Positions 1 to 9,786 of a stretch of 64,000 nucleotides of DNA are shown here, piece by piece (position 1 is the first letter of the stretch; the number at the start of each line of letters is the position of its first letter). Source of the DNA: an uncultured Oscillospiraceae bacterium. Its GTDB lineage: Bacteria; Bacillota; Clostridia; Oscillospirales; Acutalibacteraceae. Below the pieces are notes generated by a model. That model had not been told where the DNA came from. It made no database searches and saw only the letters and a list, made by a program, of their open reading frames with translations. Where the stretch lies: positions 2,166 through 66,165 of the forward strand of contig CABUAS010000001.1 in the NCBI GenBank assembly GCA_902489595.1, given 5' to 3'. Position numbers and translations under genes: made by a program.

Positions 1-5
1 AGGCA

Positions 6-188
6 ATGGAACAAAAAACAAATGCAATAACATCAAACAGTCTTTTGCTGATATTCGCACTTGTATGCATTATTATTTTTACGGCAGTATGGGGAATTCA
101 GACAATATACTTTTCCATATCGGCTGCCTGCATACTGTCCTGCACGGTATCGGTTATTAAAAAGGCAAAAAGCAGAAAACAACTGTAA
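6..188 (+). CDS. small hypothetical membrane protein (60 aa)
   Basis: Hydrophobic ORF (LLLIFALVCIIIFTAVWGI...) followed by a hairpin terminator. No recognisable family. Confidence 0.35.
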   Translation: MEQKTNAITSNSLLLIFALVCIIIFTAVWGIQTIYFSISAACILSCTVSVIKKAKSRKQL

Positions 189-196
189 AAACAACA

Positions 197-230
197 AAAC
201 GATGCGCATATTTTACGCATCGTTTTTATA
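197..230. terminator. bidirectional rho-independent terminator between convergent genes
   Basis: Hairpin AACGATGCGCA-TATTTT-ACGCATCGTT flanked by A-run and T-run. Confidence 0.6.
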
Positions 231-239
231 ATTATAGTT

Positions 240-1940
240 TTATTGAACCGGCACGGTTTCCGACGGCGGTTCGGTGGTGGTTTCCGGTGTGCCGTAAACC
301 TGAATCGAAATTTCTTCGCCCTTTGCAACGGTTGAGCCTGCCGACGGTGCCATACCGTAATTTGATTTGACTTTGCCCTCTGTGTAAGTGCCGTCATTAT
401 AAACGGTCACGGTTTTTACTTTAAAGCCCTCTGCCTCAAGCTTGCTGACAGCTTCGTCCTTCATAAGACCGCCGACATCGGGAACGTTTGCCGTTTCAAC
501 ACCACGGCTGACTGTAAGCACAACGGCAGTACCCTCGGTAACAGTTTCACCCTGCGCAACACTCTGCTTAAACACAATTCCCTCTTCAACATCTGCCGTA
601 TAAGCATACTCAAATGTAATTTTAAACTGCTCGTTCCACGGGCCGTTATTCTTAATATCACTTTCTGTATATCCAAATGAACTGAAATCAGGCACTGTAA
701 CATTTGCAAGCGTTGTGGGTGCGGTGGTAGTTTCTTTTTCAAACAAACCGAGAGAATTTGCCGCATAAAATCCGCCTGCGGCAACTGCCGCAACAATCAG
801 AACGGCAATTATTATTTTTGTAATCTTCTTTTTCTTTTCTTTTTCTTTTCTCTTAGCCTCACGCTGAGCCTCTCTTGCACGGTGAAGCTCCTGCTGTTTT
901 GCCTCCTGCTCGGCAGAATCAACAGTCCTTTCAGCATCATCGCCGACCTGCGATACAGTTGCCGCTTTTGCTACTACCGACGGAGCAGCGTTCAAAAGTT
1001 CCCTGTAATCATAAATTGTCTGAATACGTTTTTCAGGGTAAATCTGAAGTCCGCCGCCGAGTGCCTTAATAACATGAGCAGGGATTTTTTCAGCAATCCT
1101 GTTCGGTATCATAAGTTTATCGTTTGACTCTCTTGAAACAGCGTCAGGCGGATTTGTACCCACAAGTGCTCTGTAAATACAGGCAGAAAAAGCATAAATA
1201 TCCGTAGCAGGGCAGACCTTATGATTATTGTCGTACTGCTCAAGGGCAGTATAGCCTGCGTGTTCATTAAATTCAAGTTTGCTTGACGCATAATTGCACT
1301 CGTTAATGCAAAATCCTGCAAGCCTTACCTTACCGTCTCTGCAAAGAACAAGATTATCGGGGTTGATTCCGCCGTGAATAATTCCGTTTGAATGAAGATT
1401 TTCAAGTGTAGTAAGAACAGGCATAAACATAAGCCTTGCCTTGTCCCACAAAATATTGTTTTCATCTGTCTTAAGAAGAAAATCATGCAGAGTTACATAA
1501 TCTGTTTTCTCGCATACTGCATATGCCGTCTGATTTGCCTCAAAAACATCAAGCACCGGGATAACGGCTGAAAGCGTGTTCATACTGCGCAGAGTCTGCC
1601 ACAATTTTATGAATTCAACCTTATACGAGGCATAATTTTTTCTGAAGCGCTCACGGATATGAACATCATTATTACCCTCAAGCCTGTTTGAAATACCTTT
1701 CGGCAGAAATTCACGGATTGTAACAACAGCATCCTTTTGCATATCGTAGCCGATATAAGTAACGGCGTCACTTTCCTCATTAATAACATTGCCGACTGCG
1801 TATCTTGAAGCAAGCACGGTTTTGCGCTGAAGATAAAGCATAGGAGTAACACTGTCATTATCAAAGCCGCACTGAGTACACACACTGCCCGAAGTTAATT
1901 TTTCAAAACAATTCATACAAATATTATCTGCAAAATCCAT
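240..1940 (-). CDS. Zn-ribbon / degenerate Ser-Thr kinase-like domain / TM / two PASTA repeats (PrkC-like pseudokinase)
   Basis: Start moved to MDFADNICMNCF (ATG 1940, RBS AAGGTGAT). CxxC...CxxC ribbon and kinase-fold motifs with substituted catalytic residues (IIHGGINPDN, RLAGFCI, VVTIRE). TM helix IIIAVLIVAAVAAGGFY. Two PASTA-like repeats at the C-terminus. Confidence 0.8.
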   Translation of the reverse strand: MDFADNICMNCFEKLTSGSVCTQCGFDNDSVTPMLYLQRKTVLASRYAVGNVINEESDAVTYIGYDMQKDAVVTIREFLPKGISNRLEGNNDVHIRERFRKNYASYKVEFIKLWQTLRSMNTLSAVIPVLDVFEANQTAYAVCEKTDYVTLHDFLLKTDENNILWDKARLMFMPVLTTLENLHSNGIIHGGINPDNLVLCRDGKVRLAGFCINECNYASSKLEFNEHAGYTALEQYDNNHKVCPATDIYAFSACIYRALVGTNPPDAVSRESNDKLMIPNRIAEKIPAHVIKALGGGLQIYPEKRIQTIYDYRELLNAAPSVVAKAATVSQVGDDAERTVDSAEQEAKQQELHRAREAQREAKRKEKEKKKKITKIIIAVLIVAAVAAGGFYAANSLGLFEKETTTAPTTLANVTVPDFSSFGYTESDIKNNGPWNEQFKITFEYAYTADVEEGIVFKQSVAQGETVTEGTAVVLTVSRGVETANVPDVGGLMKDEAVSKLEAEGFKVKTVTVYNDGTYTEGKVKSNYGMAPSAGSTVAKGEEISIQVYGTPETTTEPPSETVPVQ

Positions 1941-2101
1941 CGTTATCACCTTATATCCTTGTAGATATATTAATACATTACATAGTTTAACAACTGCCGC
2001 CCTTTTTGTCAAGCAAGGGTGCTTGATAAAAAATGCATTATGTTATATAATCAGTATAACTTAAAATTATTAACAGAGATTAATCACAAGAGGTATAAAC
2101 T

Positions 2102-3067
2102 ATGAATTTTACAAAATTACAAAACGGAATGTGCGACGGTTTTGTTCTTCTTAAAAAATGTGAAGAAAAGAAAGCAAAAAACGGCTCGGCATATCTTGAT
2201 TTAATTATAGGAGATAAAGACGGCGAACTGCCTGCAAAACTGTGGGATTACAACGGCGGAAATATGTTTGAGACTGAAATGGTTGTTAAAATCAGAGGAA
2301 CTGTTGAGCAGTACAACGGCAAAGAACAGTTCAGAATTGCACAAATCCGCCCTGCATCTGCATCCGACAATTACAACATTGCCGACCTTGTGCCTGCGTC
2401 GGAAGTGGGCGGTGCGCAGATTTTCGATATGCTTATGAGGCGTGTTAACGCTTTTAAAGACAGTGACCTGAAAGCCGTTGTTTCTTCAATTATGCAGGAT
2501 AAAAAAGATATTCTTGTCACCTGCCCTGCCGCATTCAGACTGCACCACGCAATGATCGGCGGCCTTATGCTGCACACAATCTCCATAGTCAGAATGGCAG
2601 AGGAAATTTGTAAGATTTACCCAAATATTGACAAAGATTTGCTTTTATCGGGCGCAATTCTGCACGATGTTGCTAAAACGTGGGAGTTTGAACTTTCCAA
2701 ATCGGGTCTTGTAAAAAGCTATTCAACAGAGGGCGAACTGATAGGCCATCTTGTTAAAGGCGCAATATATGTTGAAGAAAAGGCAAAAGAACTCCACATA
2801 AAAAGCGAAAAAATTGCCCTGCTTGAACATATGATTTTAAGCCATCACGGCGTGCCCGAATTCGGCTCGCCCGTAAGACCGATGTTTTTAGAGGCAGAAA
2901 TTCTGTCATCACTTGACACGCTCGACGCCGCTATTTTTGAAATCAACAGTGCAACAAGCAAGGTTGAAAAGGGAGCATTTACCGACAGGCAGTGGGCGCT
3001 TGACAACAGAAAACTCTATAACCACGGGCTTTCATCAACAGAGCACAAAGTTAACTTAGGAGAGTAA
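2102..3067 (+). CDS. yhaM: 3'-5' exoribonuclease YhaM-like (OB-fold + HD domain)
   Basis: N-terminal OB-fold (GDKDGELPAKLWDY...QFRI) and HD domain (LHDVAKT, SHHG). Confidence 0.8.
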   Translation: MNFTKLQNGMCDGFVLLKKCEEKKAKNGSAYLDLIIGDKDGELPAKLWDYNGGNMFETEMVVKIRGTVEQYNGKEQFRIAQIRPASASDNYNIADLVPASEVGGAQIFDMLMRRVNAFKDSDLKAVVSSIMQDKKDILVTCPAAFRLHHAMIGGLMLHTISIVRMAEEICKIYPNIDKDLLLSGAILHDVAKTWEFELSKSGLVKSYSTEGELIGHLVKGAIYVEEKAKELHIKSEKIALLEHMILSHHGVPEFGSPVRPMFLEAEILSSLDTLDAAIFEINSATSKVEKGAFTDRQWALDNRKLYNHGLSSTEHKVNLGE

Positions 3068-3069
3068 CG

Positions 3070-4008
3070 ATGGAAAATACAACCGAAAACTGGACTGAAA
3101 TTGCCATAACAGTTTCAACCGCCGACATTGACAGGGCAGGAAACATAGCCAATATGGTTGTACCTTACGGTATTTACATAGAAGACTATTCAGCACTTGA
3201 AGAAGAAACGCTTGAGATTGCCCACATTGATTTAATTGAGCAGTCACTGCTTGAAAAAGACAGAACAAAGGGCATTATTCACGTTTATGTAAATCCGCAC
3301 GAAAATCCGCTTGAGGCAGTTTCTTTCATCAGGGAACGCCTTCAAAGCGAAGAAATTCCTTTTGAAATTAAAATTGCCGACTGCAAAACAGAAGACTGGG
3401 TTAACAACTGGAAGCAATATTTTCACCCGATGCCGATAGGCAGAAAACTTCTTATAAGACCGGCTTGGGAGGACGAATACGACCCGCAGGGCAGAACTGT
3501 TCTGCACATCGAACCGGGGCTTGCATTCGGCACAGGCAGCCACCCGACAACAAAACTCTGCCTTGAAACGCTTGAAAACTACATAAACGAAAATTCAACA
3601 GTGCTTGACATCGGCTGCGGCAGCGGAATTCTGTCTATAGCAAGCCTGCTGCTCGGCGCAAAATCTGCTTTCGGCGTTGATATTGACAAACTTGCAGTCA
3701 AAACCGCGCTCCAAAATGCCAAAGAAAACGGCTTTGAACCGCCTGTTTTTAACGCTGTAAACGGAAATCTTTCCGACAAAGTTACAGGAAAATACAACGT
3801 AATTGCTGCCAACATTGTTGCTGATATTATTATGGATTTCAACAAAGAAGTCGGTAATTTTCTTGACAAAGACGGCGTATATATTACGGGCGGAATTATA
3901 GACAGCCGTAAAGATGAGGTTATTTATTCCTTTGAGCAGAACGGCTTTAAGATTATTGAAAATTTTGAAGAAAAGGGCTGGAATGTTTTTGTCTGCAAAG
4001 CAAAATAA
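3070..4008 (+). CDS. prmA: ribosomal protein L11 methyltransferase
   Basis: PrmA architecture and SAM motif VLDIGCGSGILSIA. GFGTGSHPTT motif. Confidence 0.9.
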   Translation: MENTTENWTEIAITVSTADIDRAGNIANMVVPYGIYIEDYSALEEETLEIAHIDLIEQSLLEKDRTKGIIHVYVNPHENPLEAVSFIRERLQSEEIPFEIKIADCKTEDWVNNWKQYFHPMPIGRKLLIRPAWEDEYDPQGRTVLHIEPGLAFGTGSHPTTKLCLETLENYINENSTVLDIGCGSGILSIASLLLGAKSAFGVDIDKLAVKTALQNAKENGFEPPVFNAVNGNLSDKVTGKYNVIAANIVADIIMDFNKEVGNFLDKDGVYITGGIIDSRKDEVIYSFEQNGFKIIENFEEKGWNVFVCKAK

Positions 4009-4029
4009 AAAAACTGAGAGGTAAAATTT

Positions 4030-4986
4030 ATGAAAACGGCATTAATTATACTGATTGTATTAATCGTAATTGCTGTCATTTTTGTGCTGTTATGCGGTTT
4101 CATCTTCAACGAGGCAGTATGGCGCAAGCAGCTGCCGATACCTGAATTTTTTGTAAATATGCTTGCAGGCAATGAAGATAACGGCAATAATCAGTTTGAC
4201 AGTGACCATGAAAAGGCGCTTGAAACTTTTGTCAGTTTACCGTTTGAAACTGTTGAAATGACTGCCGAAAACGGCGAAAAAATGCACTGCAAAATACTTG
4301 TACCGCCAATCTCAAACGGCAAGCTCATTATAGCGTGCCACGGAGCAAGGAGCAGCGGAGTCGGCGAATTCTGCTTTATGAAAGACTATTTCTGCCGAAA
4401 CGGATTTACGCTGATTATGCCCGACCACCGAGGTTGCGGAGAGAGTGAAGGCAAGTTTTTAGGCTATGGCACACATGAGTCAGAAGACACGCTGAAATGG
4501 CTTGATTATGCGAAAAATCGCTTCCCCGAACTTGATATTTTTCTGCTTGGTGTATCTATGGGCGCAGCTACAGTGCTTATGATGAGCGACAGGGTTTCAC
4601 CCGATGATGTTAATGGAATTATATCCGACTGTGCCTACACATCGGTTAAAGATGAATTTTCGTATCAGGTTAAAACGTCTTTCCACTTTCCCACCCGACC
4701 GCTGCTTGACATATGCAACATTTACTGCAAAGCGCTGTGCAAATACGGTTTTAAAGACGCCGAGCCGATAGAGCATATAAAAAAAGCCAAAGTGCCGATT
4801 TTATTCATTCACGGCAAGGCTGATGACTTTGTGCCGTTTTTTATGGAAAAACAGTTATATGATGCCTGCACATCGGAAAAAACACTTGTTGAAGTAGACG
4901 GTGCAGTTCACGCACGCAGTTATTACACCAACCCGACACAATATGAAACCGCAATGAATGAGTTTATAAAAAAATACAGTCAGTAA
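4030..4986 (+). CDS. membrane-anchored alpha/beta hydrolase
   Basis: N-terminal TM helix. Nucleophile elbow GVSMGAAT. Catalytic-type HG and D/H motifs downstream. Confidence 0.75.
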   Translation: MKTALIILIVLIVIAVIFVLLCGFIFNEAVWRKQLPIPEFFVNMLAGNEDNGNNQFDSDHEKALETFVSLPFETVEMTAENGEKMHCKILVPPISNGKLIIACHGARSSGVGEFCFMKDYFCRNGFTLIMPDHRGCGESEGKFLGYGTHESEDTLKWLDYAKNRFPELDIFLLGVSMGAATVLMMSDRVSPDDVNGIISDCAYTSVKDEFSYQVKTSFHFPTRPLLDICNIYCKALCKYGFKDAEPIEHIKKAKVPILFIHGKADDFVPFFMEKQLYDACTSEKTLVEVDGAVHARSYYTNPTQYETAMNEFIKKYSQ

Positions 4987-5117
4987 TATAAAAACGCCCG
5001 TGATTTTCACGAGCGTTTTTTTGTTTGTTCGGCGGGGTGAAGGCACCCCGCCCTACGAAAACTTTATTGTAATTCCGTAGGGGTCGGCGTCCTCGACGAC
5101 CCGTTGCATATAAAATT

Positions 5118-7025
5118 TTATAATGCCTTTGTTTCGATTTCTTCCATAATATTTTCGATGAACTTATCAAGCGTCATTGCGCCGAGTTCACCGTCTTTTC
5201 TTGAACGTACAGAAATTGTGCCGTTTTCAATATCCTTATCGCCTGCGATAATCATATAAGGCACTTTTTCAAGCTGAGCGGCTCTGATTTTGAAGCCTGT
5301 TTTTTCAGACCTGTCATCAATTTCACAGCGAATACCCTTTGCCTCAAGCGCTTTTTTAACATCATAAAGATAATCAAGATGCCTGTCGGCAATCGGAAGA
5401 AGCTTAACCTGAACGGGAGCAAGCCATGTAGGATAAGCACCTGCAAAATGCTCTGTAAGAATACCGATAAATCTTTCAATACTGCCGAATACAACTCTGT
5501 GAATCATAATCGGTCGGTGCTTTTCACCGTCTGCACCGATGTATTCAAGTTCAAATCTTTCAGGCAACTGGAAATCAAGTTGAATCGTTCCGCACTGCCA
5601 TGTTCTGCCAAGGCAGTCTGTAAGATGGAAGTCAAGTTTCGGGCCGTAGAATGCACCGTCACCCTCGTTTACCTCATAATCATAACCTAGTTCGGTAATA
5701 GCGTCACGGAGTGCATCTGTTGCAATATCCCAGTCTTCCTTTGCGCCCATTGAATCCTCGGGCTGTGTTGAAAGTTCAATATGATATTCAAATCCGAATG
5801 TACTGTAAACCTTATCAATCAGACTTACTACACCCTTGATTTCATCTTTAATCTGCTCACGTGTCATAAATATATGAGCATCATCCTGTGTAAAGCAGCG
5901 AACACGCATAAGACCGTGAAGTGCGCCTGAAAGTTCGTGTCTGTGTACCAAACCGAGTTCGCCCATTCTTAAAGGAAGTTCCTTGTATGAGTGCATTTTT
6001 GTTTTATAAACAAGAATGCCGCCCGGGCAGTTCATAGGCTTAACTGCAAAATCAGTATCATCAATTACTGTAGTATACATATTTTCTTTATAATGATCCC
6101 AGTGACCGCTTCTTTCCCACAAAGCACGGTTGAGCATCATAGGGGACTGAATTTCATCATAGCCTGCGGCACGGTGAATTTCTCTCCAGTAATCAACAAG
6201 TGTATTCTTTAAAATCATACCCTTTGGCAGAAAGAACGGAAATCCCGGACCCTCTTCCATAATAGTAAAAAGTTCAAGTTCTTTACCGATTTTTCTGTGG
6301 TCACGCTTTTTAGCCTCTTCAAGCATTGTTAAATGCTCTTCAAGCATAGATGCCTTCGGGAATGCAGTACCGTAAACACGGCAGAGCATCTTATTTTTAG
6401 CGTCGCCGCGCCAGTATGCGCCTGTGCAGTTTGTAAGTTTGAAAGCCTTAACAACTTTCATATCCATAAGGTGAGGACCTGCGCAGAGTTCCGTAAATTC
6501 ACCCTGCTTATAAAAACTTATCGGCTCGCCTTTTTCAGCGTGTTCATTAATGAGTTCAACCTTGTACGGCTCATTCTTTTCTTCCATTAACTTAATCGCA
6601 TCGATAGGCTCGAGTTCAAATTTTTCAATCTCAAATCCTTCCTTGACAATCGCTTTCATTTCTTTTTCAATTTTCTCCAAATCTTCGGGCGAAAACGGCT
6701 TTTCAGCATCAAAATCATAATAAAATCCATCGTCAATGGCAGGACCGATAGTAAGTTTCACATCGGGGTAAAGCCTTTTAACAGCCTGTGCCATAATGTG
6801 AGAGGCGGTGTGGTTGAAAGTTTTTCTGCCGTCTTTATCATCAAATGTCAGCACCTCAAAATCGCAGTCGCAGTCAACAACCGTTCTTAAATCTTTAACC
6901 TCTCCATTGATCCTACAGGAGCAGGCATTTCTGTAAAGACCCATTGAAATTTCTTTTGTAATGTCAGCCGCCGTAAGCGGTGATGAAAATTCCTTAACAG
7001 AGCCGTCTTTTAATGTAACTTTCAT
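5118..7025 (-). CDS. thrS: threonine--tRNA ligase
   Basis: TGS domain N-terminus, editing-domain HTASHIMAQAV and class II core motifs, over the full 635 aa. Confidence 0.97.
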   Translation of the reverse strand: MKVTLKDGSVKEFSSPLTAADITKEISMGLYRNACSCRINGEVKDLRTVVDCDCDFEVLTFDDKDGRKTFNHTASHIMAQAVKRLYPDVKLTIGPAIDDGFYYDFDAEKPFSPEDLEKIEKEMKAIVKEGFEIEKFELEPIDAIKLMEEKNEPYKVELINEHAEKGEPISFYKQGEFTELCAGPHLMDMKVVKAFKLTNCTGAYWRGDAKNKMLCRVYGTAFPKASMLEEHLTMLEEAKKRDHRKIGKELELFTIMEEGPGFPFFLPKGMILKNTLVDYWREIHRAAGYDEIQSPMMLNRALWERSGHWDHYKENMYTTVIDDTDFAVKPMNCPGGILVYKTKMHSYKELPLRMGELGLVHRHELSGALHGLMRVRCFTQDDAHIFMTREQIKDEIKGVVSLIDKVYSTFGFEYHIELSTQPEDSMGAKEDWDIATDALRDAITELGYDYEVNEGDGAFYGPKLDFHLTDCLGRTWQCGTIQLDFQLPERFELEYIGADGEKHRPIMIHRVVFGSIERFIGILTEHFAGAYPTWLAPVQVKLLPIADRHLDYLYDVKKALEAKGIRCEIDDRSEKTGFKIRAAQLEKVPYMIIAGDKDIENGTISVRSRKDGELGAMTLDKFIENIMEEIETKAL

Positions 7026-7039
7026 AACTATCTCTCCTT

Positions 7040-7255
7040 AAAATAAAAAATAACACCCTGCGATAAACACAGGGTGAATAAATATCCACGGTTCCACCTG
7101 AATTGCGCACAAAAATGCGCCTCTCTGTGCCTTATAACGCAGGCAAAACGGCCGTTATTAGCGGCTCTCGGGGGTGGTGGCTTACGACCTTTTAATATGC
7201 CGATTTCAGCAGACACGACACTCTCTGAAATAAAAAACTTCGCAGTCTTGTTCCC
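7040..7255 (-). promoter_or_regulatory. T-box leader (Thr specifier) controlling thrS
   Basis: Minus strand shows stem I AGAGAG, ACC codons in GCCACCACCC, and the T-box sequence AATTCAGGTGGAACCGTGG. The terminator is CACCCTGTGTTTATCGCAGGGTG plus a T-run just before the thrS RBS. Confidence 0.85.
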
Positions 7256-7275
7256 GTCAACGATTTATCATATTC

Positions 7276-7303
7276 ATTATAACACCGATTCAACCTTTGT
7301 CAA
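7276..7303 (-). promoter_or_regulatory. sigma-A type promoter of the thrS leader
   Basis: Minus strand TTGACA, 16-nt spacer, TGTTATAAT (extended -10). Confidence 0.6.
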
Positions 7304-7529
7304 CAGGTTATTTTTTACACATTTAAAGCATTATTTTTTTACCGATTTGTAAACTTTAACGATTTTTGAACATTGTAAACTTGACATATACAAGATATAG
7401 GTGTATTATATTTTAGTAATTCTAAATACTGATTTAGATTTCAAACTTTTTTTAGATTGCATTAAACTGTACCTTTTCTGATGAATTTTTACTTTTAAAA
7501 AGAATATTAACAGAAGGAGGTGCTATTGA

Positions 7530-9086
7530 ATGATGAGTATAGGCGTAGCTATTGCCGTTATTGCTGTTGTTGCCGTAGTTTTCGGCGTAATAGGTTTCTT
7601 TGCAGGTTCCGAACACAGAAGAAAAGCGAACGAAAAAGAAATCGGTTCTGCCACAAGCGAAGCAACAAAAATTATGAACAATGCTTTATCAGAGGCTGAG
7701 AAGACTAAAAAAGCAAGCCTTATTGAAGCAAAAGATGAAATACACAAACTGCGTTCGGATGCGGATAAAGAAATCCGTGAAAGACGAAGTGAAGTTCAGC
7801 GCCAGGAAAACAGACTTAATCAGAGAGAAGAATATCTTGATAAAAGGGCTGATTCCATTGAGGCAAAGAACGAAAATCTCAGCATAAAACAAAAAGAAAT
7901 TGAAGAAAAATTACTCGAAATTGATAGCATCAAGAAAAGCCAGTTTGATATGCTGGAAAAAATATCAGGTTTAACACAGGAACAGGCTAAAGAGCAGCTG
8001 CTCAGTTCCCTTTCAGACGAACTTGATACTGAAAAAAGCAAAAGAATTATTGAAAATGAGCAGATGATAAAAGATCAGAGCAATATTATTGCCCGTGAAA
8101 TTATCGGAACTGCCATTCAGCGCTGTGCCGCTGAACACACAGCCGAAACAACCGTTTGCGTTGTTGCACTGCCGAACGATGAAATGAAAGGCAGAATAAT
8201 CGGCAGAGAGGGCAGAAACATTCACTCTCTCGAAACAATAACAGGCGTTGAATTTATTATTGACGATACGCCCGAGGCAATCACGGTAAGTTCATTTGAC
8301 CCGGTAAGAAGGGAAATTGCACGGCTTACACTTGAGCGCCTTATTCAGGACGGCAGAATTCACCCGACAAAGATTGAAGAACTTTACGAAAAATCAAAGC
8401 GTGAAGTTGAATACACCATTAAACAAGAGGGTGAAAAGGCTGTTCTTTCCGCTAACTGCGGTTCAATTCACCCCGAACTTGTTAAACTGCTCGGCAAACT
8501 CAAATACCGTACTTCCTACGGTCAGAGCGTACTGCGCCACAGTCTTGAAGTAAGTTATATTGCAGGTCTTATGGCGGCTGAACTCGGTGCAGATGAAAAG
8601 ACGGCACGCCGTGCAGGTCTTCTGCACGATATAGGCAAGGCTCTTGACCATGAATTCGAAGGCTCACACGTTGCACTCGGCGTTGAATACGCACGCAAGT
8701 ACAAGGAAAACGAAACTGTTCTAAACGCCATTCAGGCTCACCACGGCGAAGTAGAATGCAAAACCGTTGTTGCCTGCCTTGTTCAGGCTGCCGACGCTGT
8801 TTCTGCATCACGCCCGGGTGCAAGAAGAGAAAATATTGAAAATTACATCAAACGCTTACAGCAGCTTGAAGAGATTTCAACAAGCTTCAACGGCGTTGAA
8901 AAAGCATTTGCACTTCAGGCAGGCCGTGAAGTAAGAGTTATGGTTAAACCCGAAAAGATTAAGGATGACAGAATGCCTTACATCGCAAGAGAAATTGCGA
9001 AAAAAATTGAGGCAGAGATGGAGTATCCGGGTCAGATTAAAGTCAATATTATCCGTGAATCACGCGCATTTGATGTTGCAAAATAA
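7530..9086 (+). CDS. rny: ribonuclease Y
   Basis: N-terminal TM, coiled-coil, KH (GRIIGREGRNI) and HD (LLHDIGKA) domains. RBS GAAGGAGG. Confidence 0.95.
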   Translation: MMSIGVAIAVIAVVAVVFGVIGFFAGSEHRRKANEKEIGSATSEATKIMNNALSEAEKTKKASLIEAKDEIHKLRSDADKEIRERRSEVQRQENRLNQREEYLDKRADSIEAKNENLSIKQKEIEEKLLEIDSIKKSQFDMLEKISGLTQEQAKEQLLSSLSDELDTEKSKRIIENEQMIKDQSNIIAREIIGTAIQRCAAEHTAETTVCVVALPNDEMKGRIIGREGRNIHSLETITGVEFIIDDTPEAITVSSFDPVRREIARLTLERLIQDGRIHPTKIEELYEKSKREVEYTIKQEGEKAVLSANCGSIHPELVKLLGKLKYRTSYGQSVLRHSLEVSYIAGLMAAELGADEKTARRAGLLHDIGKALDHEFEGSHVALGVEYARKYKENETVLNAIQAHHGEVECKTVVACLVQAADAVSASRPGARRENIENYIKRLQQLEEISTSFNGVEKAFALQAGREVRVMVKPEKIKDDRMPYIAREIAKKIEAEMEYPGQIKVNIIRESRAFDVAK

Positions 9087-9095
9087 AACTTTGAT

Positions 9096-9127
9096 AAATG
9101 GCAGGATTTTTAACCCCTGCCATTTTT
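9096..9127 (+). terminator. rho-independent terminator after rny
   Basis: AAATGGCAGG-loop-CCTGCCATTTTT. Confidence 0.7.
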
Positions 9128-9204
9128 AATTCTTTTGGTTCAGAGTAAGGCGGTATGAGTTCACCCCGCCCTGCGAAAATTATAACAAGGAGAAGATAAT
9201 ATTT

Positions 9205-9495
9205 ATGATTAAACACATTGTATGCTTTAAACTGAAAGACAATTCACCTGAAAAGAAAGAAGAAGCAAAAGCAAGACTGCTTTCAATGAAAGGCAAGGTA
9301 GACCTTTTACGGGATATTGAAGTCGGCGCAGATTTTCTTGGCTCACCAAGGTCTTACGATATTATTTTGCAGGTAACTCTTGACAGCAGAGAGGCACTTG
9401 ATTTGTATCAGAAAGACGAATACCACTGCTCCTATGTAAAAACATATATGCACGAAGTTATGGAAAGTTCGGTTGCAGTGGATTATGAAATATAG
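9205..9495 (+). CDS. Dabb family stress-responsive alpha/beta barrel protein
   Basis: MIKHIVCFKLKD... and 96 aa length are typical of the Dabb domain. Confidence 0.8.
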   Translation: MIKHIVCFKLKDNSPEKKEEAKARLLSMKGKVDLLRDIEVGADFLGSPRSYDIILQVTLDSREALDLYQKDEYHCSYVKTYMHEVMESSVAVDYEI

Positions 9496-9694
9496 TTTAA
9501 TGATACAATTCGTTTTCTCTTTAATAAAAGGTGAAACCGCTTACGGTACGTTATGATATTATTATTTCCACCTCATAAGTCACCTGCGGTAACAGCTTCC
9601 CCTTGAGGGGAAGCCTTTTTTATTTTCCGTCAAAATACACAATTTATGAGCATTTTTTTCTATATGTGAAATGTTCTTTTTACTGATAATTCCA

Positions 9695-9723
9695 TTGACG
9701 GAACATCGGTATTATGGTATGAT
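9695..9723 (+). promoter_or_regulatory. candidate sigma-A promoter of the capsule operon
   Basis: TTGACG, 17-nt spacer, TATGAT, about 65 nt upstream of the first cps gene. Confidence 0.5.
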
Positions 9724-9786
9724 ATTATTATATATTTAAGTAAGTATATTATAATTAAGAATTGTAAGAAATTACAGGAGGAATAA

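Noticed and set aside
4964-5170. 68-aa minus-strand ORF (…GRRGRRPLRNYNKVFVGRGAFTPP…) between the hydrolase gene and thrS
   Set aside because: It is composed of translated GC-rich REP-like hairpins and overlaps the thrS 3' end. It is spurious.
7074-7352. 92-aa plus-strand ORF upstream of thrS
   Set aside because: It lies antisense across the thrS T-box leader and promoter. The RNA element explains the conservation-type features.
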